64,000 nucleotides of DNA from positions 457,899,366 to 457,963,365 of the forward strand of contig NC_058133.1 of the NCBI RefSeq assembly GCF_016433145.1. Direction: 5' to 3'. The notes under the pieces were generated by a model. That model had not been told where the DNA came from, made no database searches, and saw only the letters and a list, made by a program, of their open reading frames with translations. The position numbers were made by a program, and so were the translations under genes. Shown in pieces: positions 52,364-64,000 of the stretch. Positions within the stretch are counted from its first letter, which is position 1. Every line of letters starts with the position of its first letter. The stretch is from Gracilinanus agilis (taxonomy: Eukaryota).

Positions 52364-53725
52364 GGTATAGCCAAACAAATCCTGTCCCTTCCTGGAAGGC
52401 ACTTCTACCTCACCACCCCTAATTCAATTTCCTTGTTACCTTCAAAATTGCTCAAGTGCCATCTTTGGCCCCCTCTACATTTACTTCGTATTTATTTTGA
52501 ACATACTCATTTATATACTTATTATCTCTCCAAAGAATATAACATTCTTAGAGACAGCAATTATTCCATTTATCTCTGTCCCTAGCATTTAGCATAGTGA
52601 ATGGTACAAAATAGGACCTAAGAAATGCTTGTTTCTCTTCTGCTGCCTCAAATGAGGATAATAATTCCCCAGTGTCTTTGTAGTAGTGAGAAGTTTGTGA
52701 AACTCTTGTGCCTGGCTTACTTTCTGGGTAACCCTCAAAATCACTATGCTTAAGGTCCCAATCCAGAAACTCAAAGCATGATCCATTATGTTCAGTAACA
52801 GCTAACTCAAACTCTAATGCTACCATTCTAAGAGTTTCCATATTTATAGCTCTAGGAATAACTCTTGGACCTGCCCCTCTCTCAAACTGCTTTGGGAAAA
52901 CAAAAGATAAGGAAAACCTTGTTCCCCCTTATTTGAAAAGGGAACCAAAACACATCTCGAGAGTTCACAAACAAATGACATAGCAAATTACTGTGCTAGA
53001 AAGGTTTGGGATGTTTGGTTGAATTTTTTCCTCCTCTCCTTATAAGTACTGATCATTCTGGATATTTAGAACTCCAGGATGAGGAGATATCTGTGGCATT
53101 AGCCTTTTTTTAGGCAAACACAGTGGTAAAACTTGATCACTGGACCGCAACCTTAATTAAGCGCATTTAGGGAAGGGTAGACACCCATTTGCTTCTTCCT
53201 CTTTAGAAGTGCCTTCTTAAGATCCTGAGGCTAAGGAGTGAACTGAGGTATATTCCCCTTAAAATTTGGTTAAGATTATTCAAATCACCTAAGGCTAGCT
53301 GCTACAAATACTATCAGTCTGCTTCACTTAGAGCAGCACTTTGAATAATTCCTAAAGCAAAGTCCTGGAGAATGGGACTCAGATTTTTCCTAATGAATTT
53401 CAGATGAGAACATAGAGCAAGACTGCATTTTTATTATGATTCAGGATGTAAGGCCCCCAATACTTAAGTGCTTTTTCACTTTCTTATTTGGTGGGAGGCC
53501 TAAAGAGAAAGAATCAGCTGGAAGGGGAAAACACCAAAGAGAAACTAGGTCTGTAAAGTTGAAGTCTCTTGTCTCTGCAGCAGTTCCTTCACCTATAAAA
53601 CCTGAGGGTAGGACTAGGTTTTCTGTAAGGTCCAAACTAGCTGCAGCATTGTATGAATCTTTGACTGTAGTAGTAAGTGGGATGAAGTTAAAGCTGTTTG
53701 AAAATAGTTAAAGAAATAACCCTTT

Positions 53726-53733
53726 AGAAGAGA

Positions 53734-53772
<39 letters not shown>

Positions 53773-53781
53773 AGAGAAGCA
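53726..53781 (+). mobile_element. Poly(A)-only retroposition: A34 flanked by a 12-bp TSD
   Basis: agaagagaagca at 53726-53737 and 53770-53781 around an uninterrupted A-run. Confidence 0.8.
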
Positions 53782-53789
53782 GATAAATG

Positions 53790-53973
53790 ATTTTTTTAAA
53801 CCCTTAACTTCTGTGTATTGGCTCCTTGGTGGAAGAGTGGTAAGGGTGGGCAGTGGGGGTCAAGTGACTTGCCCAGGGTCACACAGCTGGGAAGTGTCTG
53901 AGGCCGGATTTGAACCTAGGACCTCCTGTCTCTAGGCCTGACTCTCACTCCACTAAGCTACCCAGCTGCCCCT
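53790..53973 (-). mobile_element. Young SINE1_Mdo-like SINE
   Basis: TSD cagataaatg (53780-53789, 53974-53983). Confidence 0.92.
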
Positions 53974-54425
53974 CAGATAAATGGTTTAAAAAAAATCTTT
54001 GCAGCATGTTTCTTCAATAAAGCACTCATTTCTAAAGCATACAGGGAACTGATTAAAATTTATAAAAATAAAAGCCATTCCTGAAATAATAAATGGTCAA
54101 AGGATATGAACAAGCAGTTTTTGGAAGAAGAAATCCAGGCTATCTAACCATATTTTTAAAATGGTACAAATAATTAATAATCGGAGAAATACAAGGCTAC
54201 CCTATGCTCACCTTTGCACTGAAATCATCAAATGTTATGTTAATTTAATTTGGAGAATATTATTGGGTCTATGCAGCTGGGTGGCTTGGAGTCAGAAAGA
54301 CCTGAGCACACATCTCACCTCAGATGCTTAATTGTGTGATCCTGGCACTTAACCCCATTTGCCTCAGTTTCCCCACCTGCAAAATGAACTAGATTGAAGG
54401 AAATAGCAAATTCCTCCAGTAGTTT

Positions 54426-55114
54426 TGTGTTACCTCCTGCTCTAGCGGGCCTAGATAGAGTTCTTTGAACGGGGAGGAGCAACTAACATGAAGCCAAAGG
54501 AATTACAGAAAGAGGAAGAAGGGGGAGAGGAAGGAAGAGCCAAGGAGCCAAAATAATGTTTGGAAAAAGTGCTCTCTCCGATGGCCCAGCACAAGTTTTT
54601 TATTAGGAGCATCATCACACCTTAAACACCGGGTGTATATCAGTGGCAGACAGGGGAAACAATACAGATGGTCAATTCAAAGGAATATTTTTGAAATACA
54701 AAAGTCCTGATAAAACACAGAATTGCTAAATTCTCATTATTGGTAAAGTTCATACATTTTATGGCTATGAGACAAAAAACAATTAGTTGAACAGAGGAGA
54801 GGATGGTCTTTTTGAGCCTAGGTCAGGTGTGCCTTTGTATGTGCTAACTCCAGGGATGTCTGAGATGCTAATTAAAAATGCTAATGAAAACACCTGCAGA
54901 CCAGGCCAACCACCAATTGCAAATTTAATCCTTCTGACCAAAGAATAGATTTTTTAAAATTTGAAAATTATCCCCCAAATTAATTTAGATGGCTATGACT
55001 TAAGATGTTGCCACGAATAGAGAATTGCTTCCGCAGTGATCTCTTGTTTTTACTGAATCTTTTGCCTTTGCCTAGATTCAGTGTGACAACTTTATTTTCT
55101 TCGTGGTTCCTGCA
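54426..55114. mobile_element. Solo LTR inserted in a MAR1/WSINE-type SINE
   Basis: TG...CA ends; flanks gttt / tttt; the SINE motif 'ctccagta.ctttgccaagaaaac' is split exactly by it. Confidence 0.7.
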
Positions 55115-57046
55115 TTTTGCCAAGAAAACTCCAAATGGAATCACTAAGTATAAGACACAACTGAACAACATAGCATTTCTTTAGCTCTTCATCCTGTCCA
55201 ACAGATATTGGCACATGTTGGCCTATAAGTTGCAATTACCTTTTATGGTCATCCTTCGGTTTATTGTTCATCCATGAACACTATGAGGCAAGATGACTAC
55301 ACCAAGTGTTACATGCAATATATTTTGTTGCATTTGTTTGCAGTTAAACTAATTCTATCCAAGTTAAAAAGCTTTTAAGTCTTTACTATATGCTAAGCAC
55401 TGTGCTAACTGCTAGTTACTAAACAAAGACAAAAAGAAAATCCCTTTATTTTTCTCTCCCAGTAGGATCTATGAGCCATTGTTCTATTTAGCTGCAACTT
55501 CTTTATATAGTCTGGTTTCACTTGCAAGATTTATATGATTTAGTTCCCACAGTAACATGCCCACTTATTGGTCATTGTACAATGATTTCACACTTAGACT
55601 AAAGATATAGCTAATGTTTAAGTCTAAAAATAATGTGATTTTTAACACCTTCTGTCCCATTTCCCACTATTCTCCTACTGTCACTGCAGAAGACCATTTT
55701 TAATTTTAACTTTTCTCTCATGTTATTTATATATCATCAGGAGAAAAAAAAAACCTTCTTAATATGGCCTCACCTGTATGATATTTCCTTCTACTCCCTC
55801 ATCGCCCATTCAAAACAAGTTTGTCTCTTTAATATGCTCTGAGATGCAATGGGGGTAACCTAGTTTTCTTTCCTTTCCTTTTCTTATTTTCTCTTGTATG
55901 GAATGCCTCATCCTCCTCCACACTACCCCAAAAAAGTCTACTGATCTTTCAAAGGACTTGATCAAAACTCCTCTAATTTCTTCCATGAAAACTTTTTATA
56001 AAACCTGAAACCTTCATTGCTTTTTAACTTCTCTGAATTCCTACTGCACCTATCAAAAAACACTCATTTTAGCTCTAGTTTCCTCTAGTTGTTTCACTGT
56101 GTTAATTTTGTGTCTTAGACCAGATCATAAGCTGTCCATTATTGCTTCCATGTCATTCATAAAACCTACCTCACATAGGCACTCATTTCTCAGTCACTAT
56201 GCCTAACTATACTTTCTTGTCACTTCTATAACAACAAGTTTCATTAAAACATCACAGAAAACAAAAGGCAGGCAGGACAATTAGAGATGGGATCTATACC
56301 CTGTTAAGATTATACTGTAAGTTTCTTAACCTCTGCCCATTGCAGACATGATGATGGTGCCATTGGAAATCTAGGCAATGCCACCTGTCACACAGAAAAG
56401 ACTATTTCCCCATTAACTGTCCTGGGGCTCCAAGGTTCTAGGGTCTTCCATTTTCTAAACTCTAAGCCCTTTTGCTCTCCTGAGTAGTAGAATAAGCAGG
56501 AGAAAGTCATCAAGGTTGTTTTTCCATTATTATTTTTTTAAACCCCTACTGTTCTAAGGCAGAAAAGCAGTAAGGTCTAGGCAACTTGAGTTAAGTGGCT
56601 TGCCCACGCCATACAGCTAGGAAAGGTCTGTGAGGCCACATTTCAACCCAGGAGCTCCCATCTCCAGGCCTAGCTCTCTCCACTCAGCTATCTAGCTGCC
56701 CCTAGCCCCGCCCCTAGCATTCATTTTTCAAATGGGACTAAAGACATTAGGGAGTGATGTCCTGACTTGCTCATGAATTGGATTTAAGTGAAGAGAACCT
56801 GCACATGTTCACTCTTCCAGAATCATCAAAGACCAGTGTCAGGACAAAAGTCAAGATTCCTGGAAATAGCCCCAGACACAGAGGATCACCTTGGCACCTT
56901 CCACACCTGATCAAGTTCTAAGTCCACCACAACGCCTACTTCAGCCACTTTCATGGCTTTTGGAATTTGTTCTCATCTTACCGTTCTGTCAGAGAAAGTC
57001 TTCATATGCTTGAGTCAGACTCACTAATGAGTCTGAGGCCTGTCTG

Positions 57047-57315
57047 TGTAAGATTTAAATTAATGTTCGATACTTCAAATATTATTTTCATAAAGTTTAT
57101 TTGACAAAATATAACCACATGACTAAGTTTTCTACCTGTTCAAAATGCCCGCTCCACCAAAGCCGCTGATAGGAAGAAAAAGGGTGCCAGACACAGAACT
57201 CCACCCAATTTATATCCTGTCTATGTCAGCCTGTAATGACAGGAATTGAGTAGGGTGCTGGGAATAGTAGTTTTGCTGGGGATCGTAGCTTTTAGGGTAA
57301 CAGATTCAAATTACA
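57047..57315 (-). mobile_element. Short solo LTR inserted in an RTE-related element
   Basis: TGTAA...TTACA inverted termini; minus-strand TATAAA and AATAAA in LTR order; host sequence resumes on both sides; TSD unclear. Confidence 0.6.
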
Positions 57316-57358
57316 CGTTACCTTCATCCTGCTTTAGCTGATCTGCTGAGATAGTTTT

Positions 57359-57551
57359 GGTTTGTTTTTTTTTTTTTAAACCCATAACTTCTGTGTATTG
57401 GCTCCTTGGTGGAAGAGTGGTAAGGGTGGGCAGTGGGGGTCAAGTGACTTACCCAGGATCACACAGCTGGGAAGTGTCTGAGGCTGGCTTTGAACCTAGG
57501 ACCTCCCGTCTCTAGGCCTGGCTCTCAATCCACTGAGCTACCTAGCTGCCC
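57359..57551 (-). mobile_element. Young SINE1_Mdo-like SINE
   Basis: Perfect 16-bp TSD ctgctgagatagtttt (57343-57358, 57552-57567). Confidence 0.95.
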
Positions 57552-58249
57552 CTGCTGAGATAGTTTTACACCTCAGAAAACTCTCACAACAGAGGTGCTA
57601 GTCCTCCCTGAATACCCCATACACCCCAAGCCAGGTGCTTAGGACAAGGTAATTCATTGTCATACCTATAGGCCTAGCTGCCTTTTAAACCCTTTATACA
57701 CATTCATGGTAAATAAATGCTAAAGATAAAGGCTTTTGGCTCACCCTACTTCGATTTTTCAATTGGGAAGAAGCTGACCTACTTTCTCATTAAAAAGTCT
57801 AATATCTTATAGTCACCCAGAAGAAGGAACACCTATGCTACCAGAGATTTTGCCGGGTCTCTGGTCACTGAGACAGGCCATTGACCCAATTTATTGGTTT
57901 TAATTGTTCTGTCACTTTTCCTTTGCATCTGACTCTTCATGACCCCATTTGGAGTTTTCTTCACAGAGATACTGGAGTAGTTTGCCATTTCCTTCTCCAG
58001 CTCATTTTACAAATGAAGAAACTAAGGGAGAAAGGGTTAAGTAACTTGCCCTGAGTCAAACAGCTAGTAAGTGTTTGAAGCTTGATTTAACTCAGGAAGA
58101 TGACTCTGGCCTGGATATGTGAGATGATGAGTTAAGAGATGGATTGTGAACCCAGAAGAGTAGGAGGATGGTAATTCTCTCAATAGGAGAAGAGGAAAAT
58201 TCATAAGAAGGGAGAAAGGATTGGAGGCCCATTGAGGAAGGGGTAGAAA

Positions 58250-59340
58250 AAAAGAAAATGAGTTCTGATTTTATATTTTTTAATAAAATTTTCAAAATAC
58301 ATGTAAACATAATTTTTAACATTCATCTTTTAAAATTTTGAGTTTCAAATTGTCTCCCCTCCCCTTAATAAAGCAATTAATTTGATATAGATTACCTACT
58401 CATTTCACTCATTATCTCATATAGTTCAAGTTTTTTAAAAAAATTAACCTGCTCATTGTTTCTTATGGTGCAATAGTATTCCATCACAATCAGATCCCAC
58501 AATGTTTTAGCCATTCCCCAATTGATGGATATCCACTTGTTTTCCAGTTCTTTGCTACCACAAAGAGAGGTGCTATAAATATTTTGGAACATACAGATTT
58601 TTTTCCTTTTCCCCTGTCTTCCTTGGGGAAAAGACCCAGAAATACTAAGGATACAGAGTTTTATAGCTCTCTAAGTGTATTTCTAAATTGCTCTCCAAAA
58701 TGGTTGGATCAGTACACAGTTTTACCAACAGCGTATTAGTATCCCCATTTTTCCACATCCCCTCCAACATTTGTTATTTTGCCTATTTATGAAGTATTTT
58801 TTTCATATGGTTTTAGATAGCCTAGATTTCTTCCCCTAAAGACTACCTGTTCCTTTCCTTTGTCCAGTTATCAGTTGGAGAATGGCTTTTATTCTTATAT
58901 CTAATATTTATATAGCACTTAATATGTGGCACTGTAAGTGCTTTACAGTTATTTCATTTGATCCTCACAACAATCTTGTGAAGTAAGTACTTTTATTATT
59001 CCCATTTTGCTGATAAGAAAACTGAAATGCAAAAAAAAAAAAAAAATACAGGAATTTAATGACTTGCTCAGTTACACAATGAGTGTCTGAGGCTGTATTT
59101 GAATTCAGATCTTCCTGACTCCAGGTCCAGAGCTTTCTCCATTACACGAGTGAATCCATTTTTTAAAATATTCCTTAGAAATGAAACCTTTATCAGAGAA
59201 ATCTGCAACAAAGTTTTTCCAATCACCTGCTTCTAAGTTTAATTGTATTAGTTTTGTTTGTGCAAAAAATTTTAATTTCATGTATCCAAATTGTCCATTT
59301 TACCTTCTATGAATCTCTCTATTCCTTGATTTGTCATGAG
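58250..59340 (-). mobile_element. Old L1 ORF2-end/3'UTR fragments with an inserted SINE/MIR
   Basis: 'tagccattccccaattgatgg...ccagttctttgctaccacaaagagaggtgctataaatatttt' and 'ttttgtttgtgcaaaaaatttt'. Confidence 0.7.
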
Positions 59341-61165
59341 TTCTTCCTCTACACTCATCTGAGGCAGAATATGAATAGAGGTCTTCTTGACTTCTTTCAG
59401 TAGCCCATCCACTATGCCAATTTCCAGTTATGGGGTTTTCAACCTACCAAGTCTTAGTGATAATTATTAATCTGTCAGGTTTGTCCTTATGTGTCAAGTT
59501 ATCTAGTTCACTTTGCTACCCATATTTTGATTATTTTTGTATCAACATTTAAGGGCTATGTATTTTATTTCTGGATCTTTTCTTGTATTTTTGGTAGTAT
59601 TAATGACTGGTTATCTCTATTATTATTCTTCCTGTGTTTAGTGGCCTCACTTTAAGATACCTAACTTATTAGATACACAGCTGGGTGGCACAATGGATAA
59701 AGTGCCAGGCCTGGAGTCAAGAAGACCTGAATTCAAATCTGTCTTCAGACACTGACTTGCAATGTGACCCTGGACAAGTCATTTAACCCTATTTGCCTCT
59801 GTTTCCTCTTCTATAGAATAAGTTGGAGATGAAAATGGCAAACCACTTCAGTATCTTTGCCAAGAAAACCCCAAATAGGCTCACAAAGAGTCAGACACAA
59901 TAGAAATGACTGAAAAACAATAGCAATTTCCAAAATGGTATAGTAGCATAGATGATATAACTATGTCTATGGCGTACTCTCTCAAAGGGTGAGGGTACAG
60001 GAAAAAGTGGACTCAAGCTTAGAGAGCAGGTAGAGCAAAATAATAACTCATAGACTCCTTGTTGCTTTAAAGTTCTATTCTCTTCCCTATCCAGTGTTCA
60101 GGAAGTTCCCCTTAAGCATAAAGGATCTACCTTTTATTTGTTCATAGCTCCTGATGCAGATATTGCTGCCAGCTGATCAGAAGATGCTGTTCTGTACAAT
60201 CATAGGAAGTCCATAGTTCTCTAAATCCTTCTAAGCTGGAATTCCCTCCTTGGGGATAGGGGAATGACTAGGTCTTCAGGCCTTTCTTCTAGGCATTTCA
60301 AAAGGGATATATTAGAAAGCTGCTGATTCCAATTCTGTAATTTAATCCCTTTTCTACTTACTTGATAATTTATTGACAATCCCTGGGCATATCTAAGTTT
60401 CCTCTGATTATTAGGACAGACTTCTTGTCTGGCATCATTTTACTTCATCCAGAGGCTTTCAAAATCTTTTCACATTTAGCCTAGGGTCTTTTAATTAACT
60501 GTCTGATTAAGACTTGTCTTCATCTAATTAAGATAGCAGAGCTAAAATGAGGTTTAGATCCCACCCTTACATAAATAAGGTTTACTGACTCAAGATCCTA
60601 GGGTCCATTAGTCCCCAGTGTGAGATTACCAGCAAAGATTTAGCTTATAGTACAGATTCCCTATGTAAGTAAAACTTATTCCCTATGTAAGTTTTACCTT
60701 ACAAAGGTCATGTTCTAGTTCAGTGTATTTCTCTCCCCTCCCTGTCCCATTTAGGGTCTCCCTTTGAATTGATATTAAATTACTAGTTCCAAGGCTAAGC
60801 AACTTGCCCAGGTCACATAGCTAGAAAGTGTCTGAGTCTAGGTCCTTCCAACTATATAGGTCTGGCTCTCTATCCACTAAGCCACCTACCTGCCCCTCAT
60901 TATATGTATTTCAAAGTCAAATCATGACAATAATTATACATTAATTGCCTATGTGCCAACAATGTTTCAAGCATTAAGGATGCAAAGGCAAAATAAAAAA
61001 AAAAATACCTGCCCTCTAGGAGGTCACAGTCTAATGGGAGAAATAACATACAAACATCTATGTATAAACAAAATAATATATGGAATAAATTGGAAATAAT
61101 CCTTGGGGGAAGGGACTAGTATTAAGAAGGATGACAAATGGCTTCTTTAAGAAGCTGGGATTTTA

Positions 61166-62056
61166 CCCTCCTGATTAGAGAAATGCAAATTAAAACAACT
61201 CTGAGGTACCACCTTACACCTAGCAGACTAGCCAATATGGCAGCAAAGGAAAGTGATAAATGTTGGAGGGGATGTGGCAAAATTGGGAATCTAATACACT
61301 GTTGGTGGAGTTGTAAATTGGTCCAAACATTCTGGATGGCAATTTGGAACGATGCGCAAAGGGCTTCAAAGGAATGTCTGCCCTTTGACCCACCCATACC
61401 ACTGCTGGGTTTGTACTCCAAAGAGAAAATAAGGGAAAAAACTTGTACAAAAATATTTATAACTAAGCTATTTATGGTGGCAAAAAATTGGAAAATATGG
61501 GGGGGTCCATCGATTGGGGAATGGCTGAATAAATTGTGGTATCTGTTGGTGATGGAATATTATTGTGCTGAAAGAAGTAAAGAACTGGAGGAATTCCATA
61601 TGAACTGGAATAACCTCCAGGAATTGATGCAGAGTGAAAGGAGAACATTGTACACAGAGACTGATACACTGTGGCACAATCACATGTAACAGACTTTTCT
61701 ACTAGCAGCAATGAAATGATCCAGGACAATCCAGAGGAATTTAGGAGAAAGAACACTATCCACATCCAAAGAAAGAACTGTGGAAATGGAAATGCATTAG
61801 AAAAATATGTGATCTATCACATAATGTAATAGGAATATGATTGGGGTTTTGATCTTAAAGGATTGCTCTTCTGCAGATATGAATAACACAAAAATAGGTT
61901 TGAACAATGATACATGTATAACCCAGTGGAACTGCTTGTTGGCTTTGGGAGAAAGGAGAAAGGGAGGGGGAATCATGAATCATGTAACCATGGAAAAATA
62001 TTCTAAATAAAATATATTTTTTTAAAAAGTAGCTGCATAAACTAAAAAAAAAAAAA
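61166..62056 (+). mobile_element. 5'-truncated L1 (ORF2 C-terminus plus 3'UTR) in an L2 fossil
   Basis: 14-bp TSD aagctgggatttta (61152-61165, 62057-62070); 183-aa ORF with IREMQIKTTLRYHLTP and GEWLNKLWY. Confidence 0.92.
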
Positions 62057-63149
62057 AAGCTGGGATTTTAGCTGAGACTTGAAGGACATCAAAAGGCAGA
62101 CGGGATGAGAGAGAGCATCCCTGGAAAAGTGGACAGTCAATGAAAAGACAGGAACTGTGGGAACAGAATAGCATAAGAAATACATATGATTGATCACGTA
62201 GTTTGATGGGGATGTGATTAGGGTTTTGATGTTAAAAGATCACTCTGCTGCAAAGATGGAATAACATGGAAATATGTTTTGAACAATGATACATGTATAA
62301 CCCAATGGAATTGCTTGTCATCCTGGGGGGGGGGGGTATGAATTATGTAACCGTGGGAAAATATTCTAAATAAAAACTTAAAAAAGACAAGGAATGAAAT
62401 ATCTTGTTTGAGGAACAGCAAGGAGGCTAATGTCACTAGAACATAAGGAAAAGTAGAAGGGAGTCCAGTTGTAAAAAGCTCCTCACACCAAACTCTGGAT
62501 TATATACTTGATCCAGCAAGTATTATTGAAAGGGGTAGGTGGGAGGTGACGCAGTCAGACCTGCCCTTTAGAAAGATCAATTTGCTGGGAGGAAGAGTTC
62601 AAAGAATACCTAACTCAGATTTTAAGTAAAACCTGATTACCTCTGATTTTGCTAATTAGCACTTTATGATAGTCTTTTCAGGGGCTGTCTTAATGTTTCC
62701 TTTTGCACCTTTATGCAAAGAATTTTTGCACAGAGTATCAAGGAATTCAGGGAAGACATTTTAAACTGCTTTCAGGGAGCAAACTATCTTCAACTGGAGT
62801 CCCTTGGCATGGGCATTTACAACTACATGTAAATATTTGTGCTAATTACAAACCACTTTGTTGATTTCCATAAAGGATAACCTAAGGAATTCGACTTTGC
62901 AACATTTTTTTTTATCAGTTTTGACACTTTTTCTTTAGAAGTTATTCACTTTTCAGTAATTTGGGTTTAACTAATTTGATTTTCAAATACTGAAGTAGGC
63001 AGAAATGCTGGGGGTGGGAGGGTATGCAAGCCTTCGGTGAACATGAACCCCTTTCTAGAAGGCTTTGGGACTCACCAATTGCCCTCCTTCCTTTTCCCCA
63101 CCCCACCCCCCAAGAAAAGTGGAGTAAAAAAAACAACCTAATTACTATT

Positions 63150-64000
63150 TCCACATCGAGACCAGACTCTTCACGGAAGAAGTGAAAGCACCCGAGAAGT
63201 GGCCGAGGCCGCGGCTAGCTGGAAGGGCCCCAAGAACCCGAATCCGGGTACTTACTCCCTGCGGGGCCTGCATTTCGTGCCTTCCCTCTCCAGGGCTGTT
63301 AGATCGACCCTAATATGATCTCCTCCGCTCGGGGAAAAATCTAGTCCTGTGTCCAGGACTGGAGGGGACATTTCCTGGTATTCAGGAGGCTGTCACTCCT
63401 TCAAGCAGAGGGAAACAGCCCGAGTGCCCGGCAATTACCGGAGATCCCAGTATTTCCGAGAGGACCTCGGGAGGGGGAGTCTCAGCCAGCGAACTTTTCT
63501 CCCACCCCCTAGAGGCCTCTGATTGGACCCGAAGTTGACTTGAAACGCCGGTACGTGGCTACGTAACTTCCGCTCGGGCTGCCATCTTGTTCCCAGGGGC
63601 AGTTGGCGGAAGAGATCGTGCTCCCCGGTCGCCTGCTAGCCTTGTTCCGGGAGTTGCTCTGGCCCGCGTCCCAGTTCCCAGCTTCTGCGTGGGGTTCCCT
63701 CCCCCAGTGCCCCCTTACCCCGCCTTGGCCGGGGCGGAACAGCGAGGGGGCCCCCCGCTCCTGCCGCCGGCGTTCCATGGAGTAGGGTCCCGGACCGTTG
63801 TGCCGAGGAGCGAGAGCGAGCGGCCGAGCTTCGCCGCGCCCCCACTCCCTCCTCCCCCTCCCTTCCTGCTGCTCCTTCCTGCCCTCCCCCCCACCTTCCG
63901 CTGCAACATGGCGAACAACAGCCCGGCGCTGACAGGCAGCAACTCGCAGCCGCCGCCGCAGCACCAGGCGGCCGCGGCCGCGGCCCAGCAGCAACAGCAG
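63150..64000 (+). promoter_or_regulatory. CpG-island promoter and 5'UTR of PRPF38B
   Basis: Very high CpG; ETS-type acttccg about 63566, YY1-type gctgccatctt 63578-63588, GC box ggggcgga about 63731. Confidence 0.85.
63908..64000 (+). CDS. PRPF38B: PRPF38B first coding exon (runs off the window): MANNSPALTGSNSQPPPQHQAAAAAAQQQQQ
   Basis: aacATGg Kozak; matches the recalled human N-terminus MANNSPALTGNSQPQHQAAAAAAQQQQQ; correct synteny. Too short for the ORF track. Confidence 0.95.
   Translation, partial: MANNSPALTGSNSQPPPQHQAAAAAAQQQQQ

Noticed and set aside
61138-61689. Longest ORF in the track (183 aa)
   Set aside because: L1 ORF2 C-terminus in a TSD-flanked truncated copy; the TTG start lies in flanking DNA. 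The same applies to ORFs at 14646-15670 and 18175-18797.
63509-63994. 161-aa minus-strand ORF and other overlapping ORFs at the PRPF38B island
   Set aside because: Shadow ORFs from stop-poor GC-rich sequence antisense to PRPF38B; no recognisable domain.

Overview
Marsupial genomic DNA, very likely a didelphid opossum (Monodelphis-type SINE, L1, RTE and hAT repeats). The gene order matches the FAM102B(EEIG2)-HENMT1-PRPF38B block I recall from human 1p13.3. The window holds the last coding exon and ~4.7 kb 3'UTR of FAM102B (+), the complete piRNA 2'-O-methyltransferase gene HENMT1 (-; 7 coding exons, 1188 nt, 395 aa, all GT-AG with consistent phases) and the CpG-island promoter plus first 31 codons of PRPF38B (+). 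The rest is mostly transposable elements: young SINEs and L1s with target-site duplications (TSDs), solo LTRs, hAT MITEs (three with perfect 8-bp TSDs), and old L2/CR1/MIR/RTE fossils. I see no unambiguous new system. The best leads are TE effects on this anti-transposon gene: (1) a SINE whose degenerate TSD includes the HENMT1 start codon, creating a SINE-encoded uORF or a SINE-derived acceptor, with a possible in-frame bypass ATG in exon 1; (2) a ~1.1 kb inverted pair of young L1s in the last intron; (3) L1 5'-promoter-only insertions antisense to the gene, one with a TSD and no 3' end; (4) loss of the FxPP motif in the protein; (5) a hAT MITE carrying a consensus CTCF site. Gene and repeat names come from recognition from memory, not database searches; identity figures are by-eye counts.
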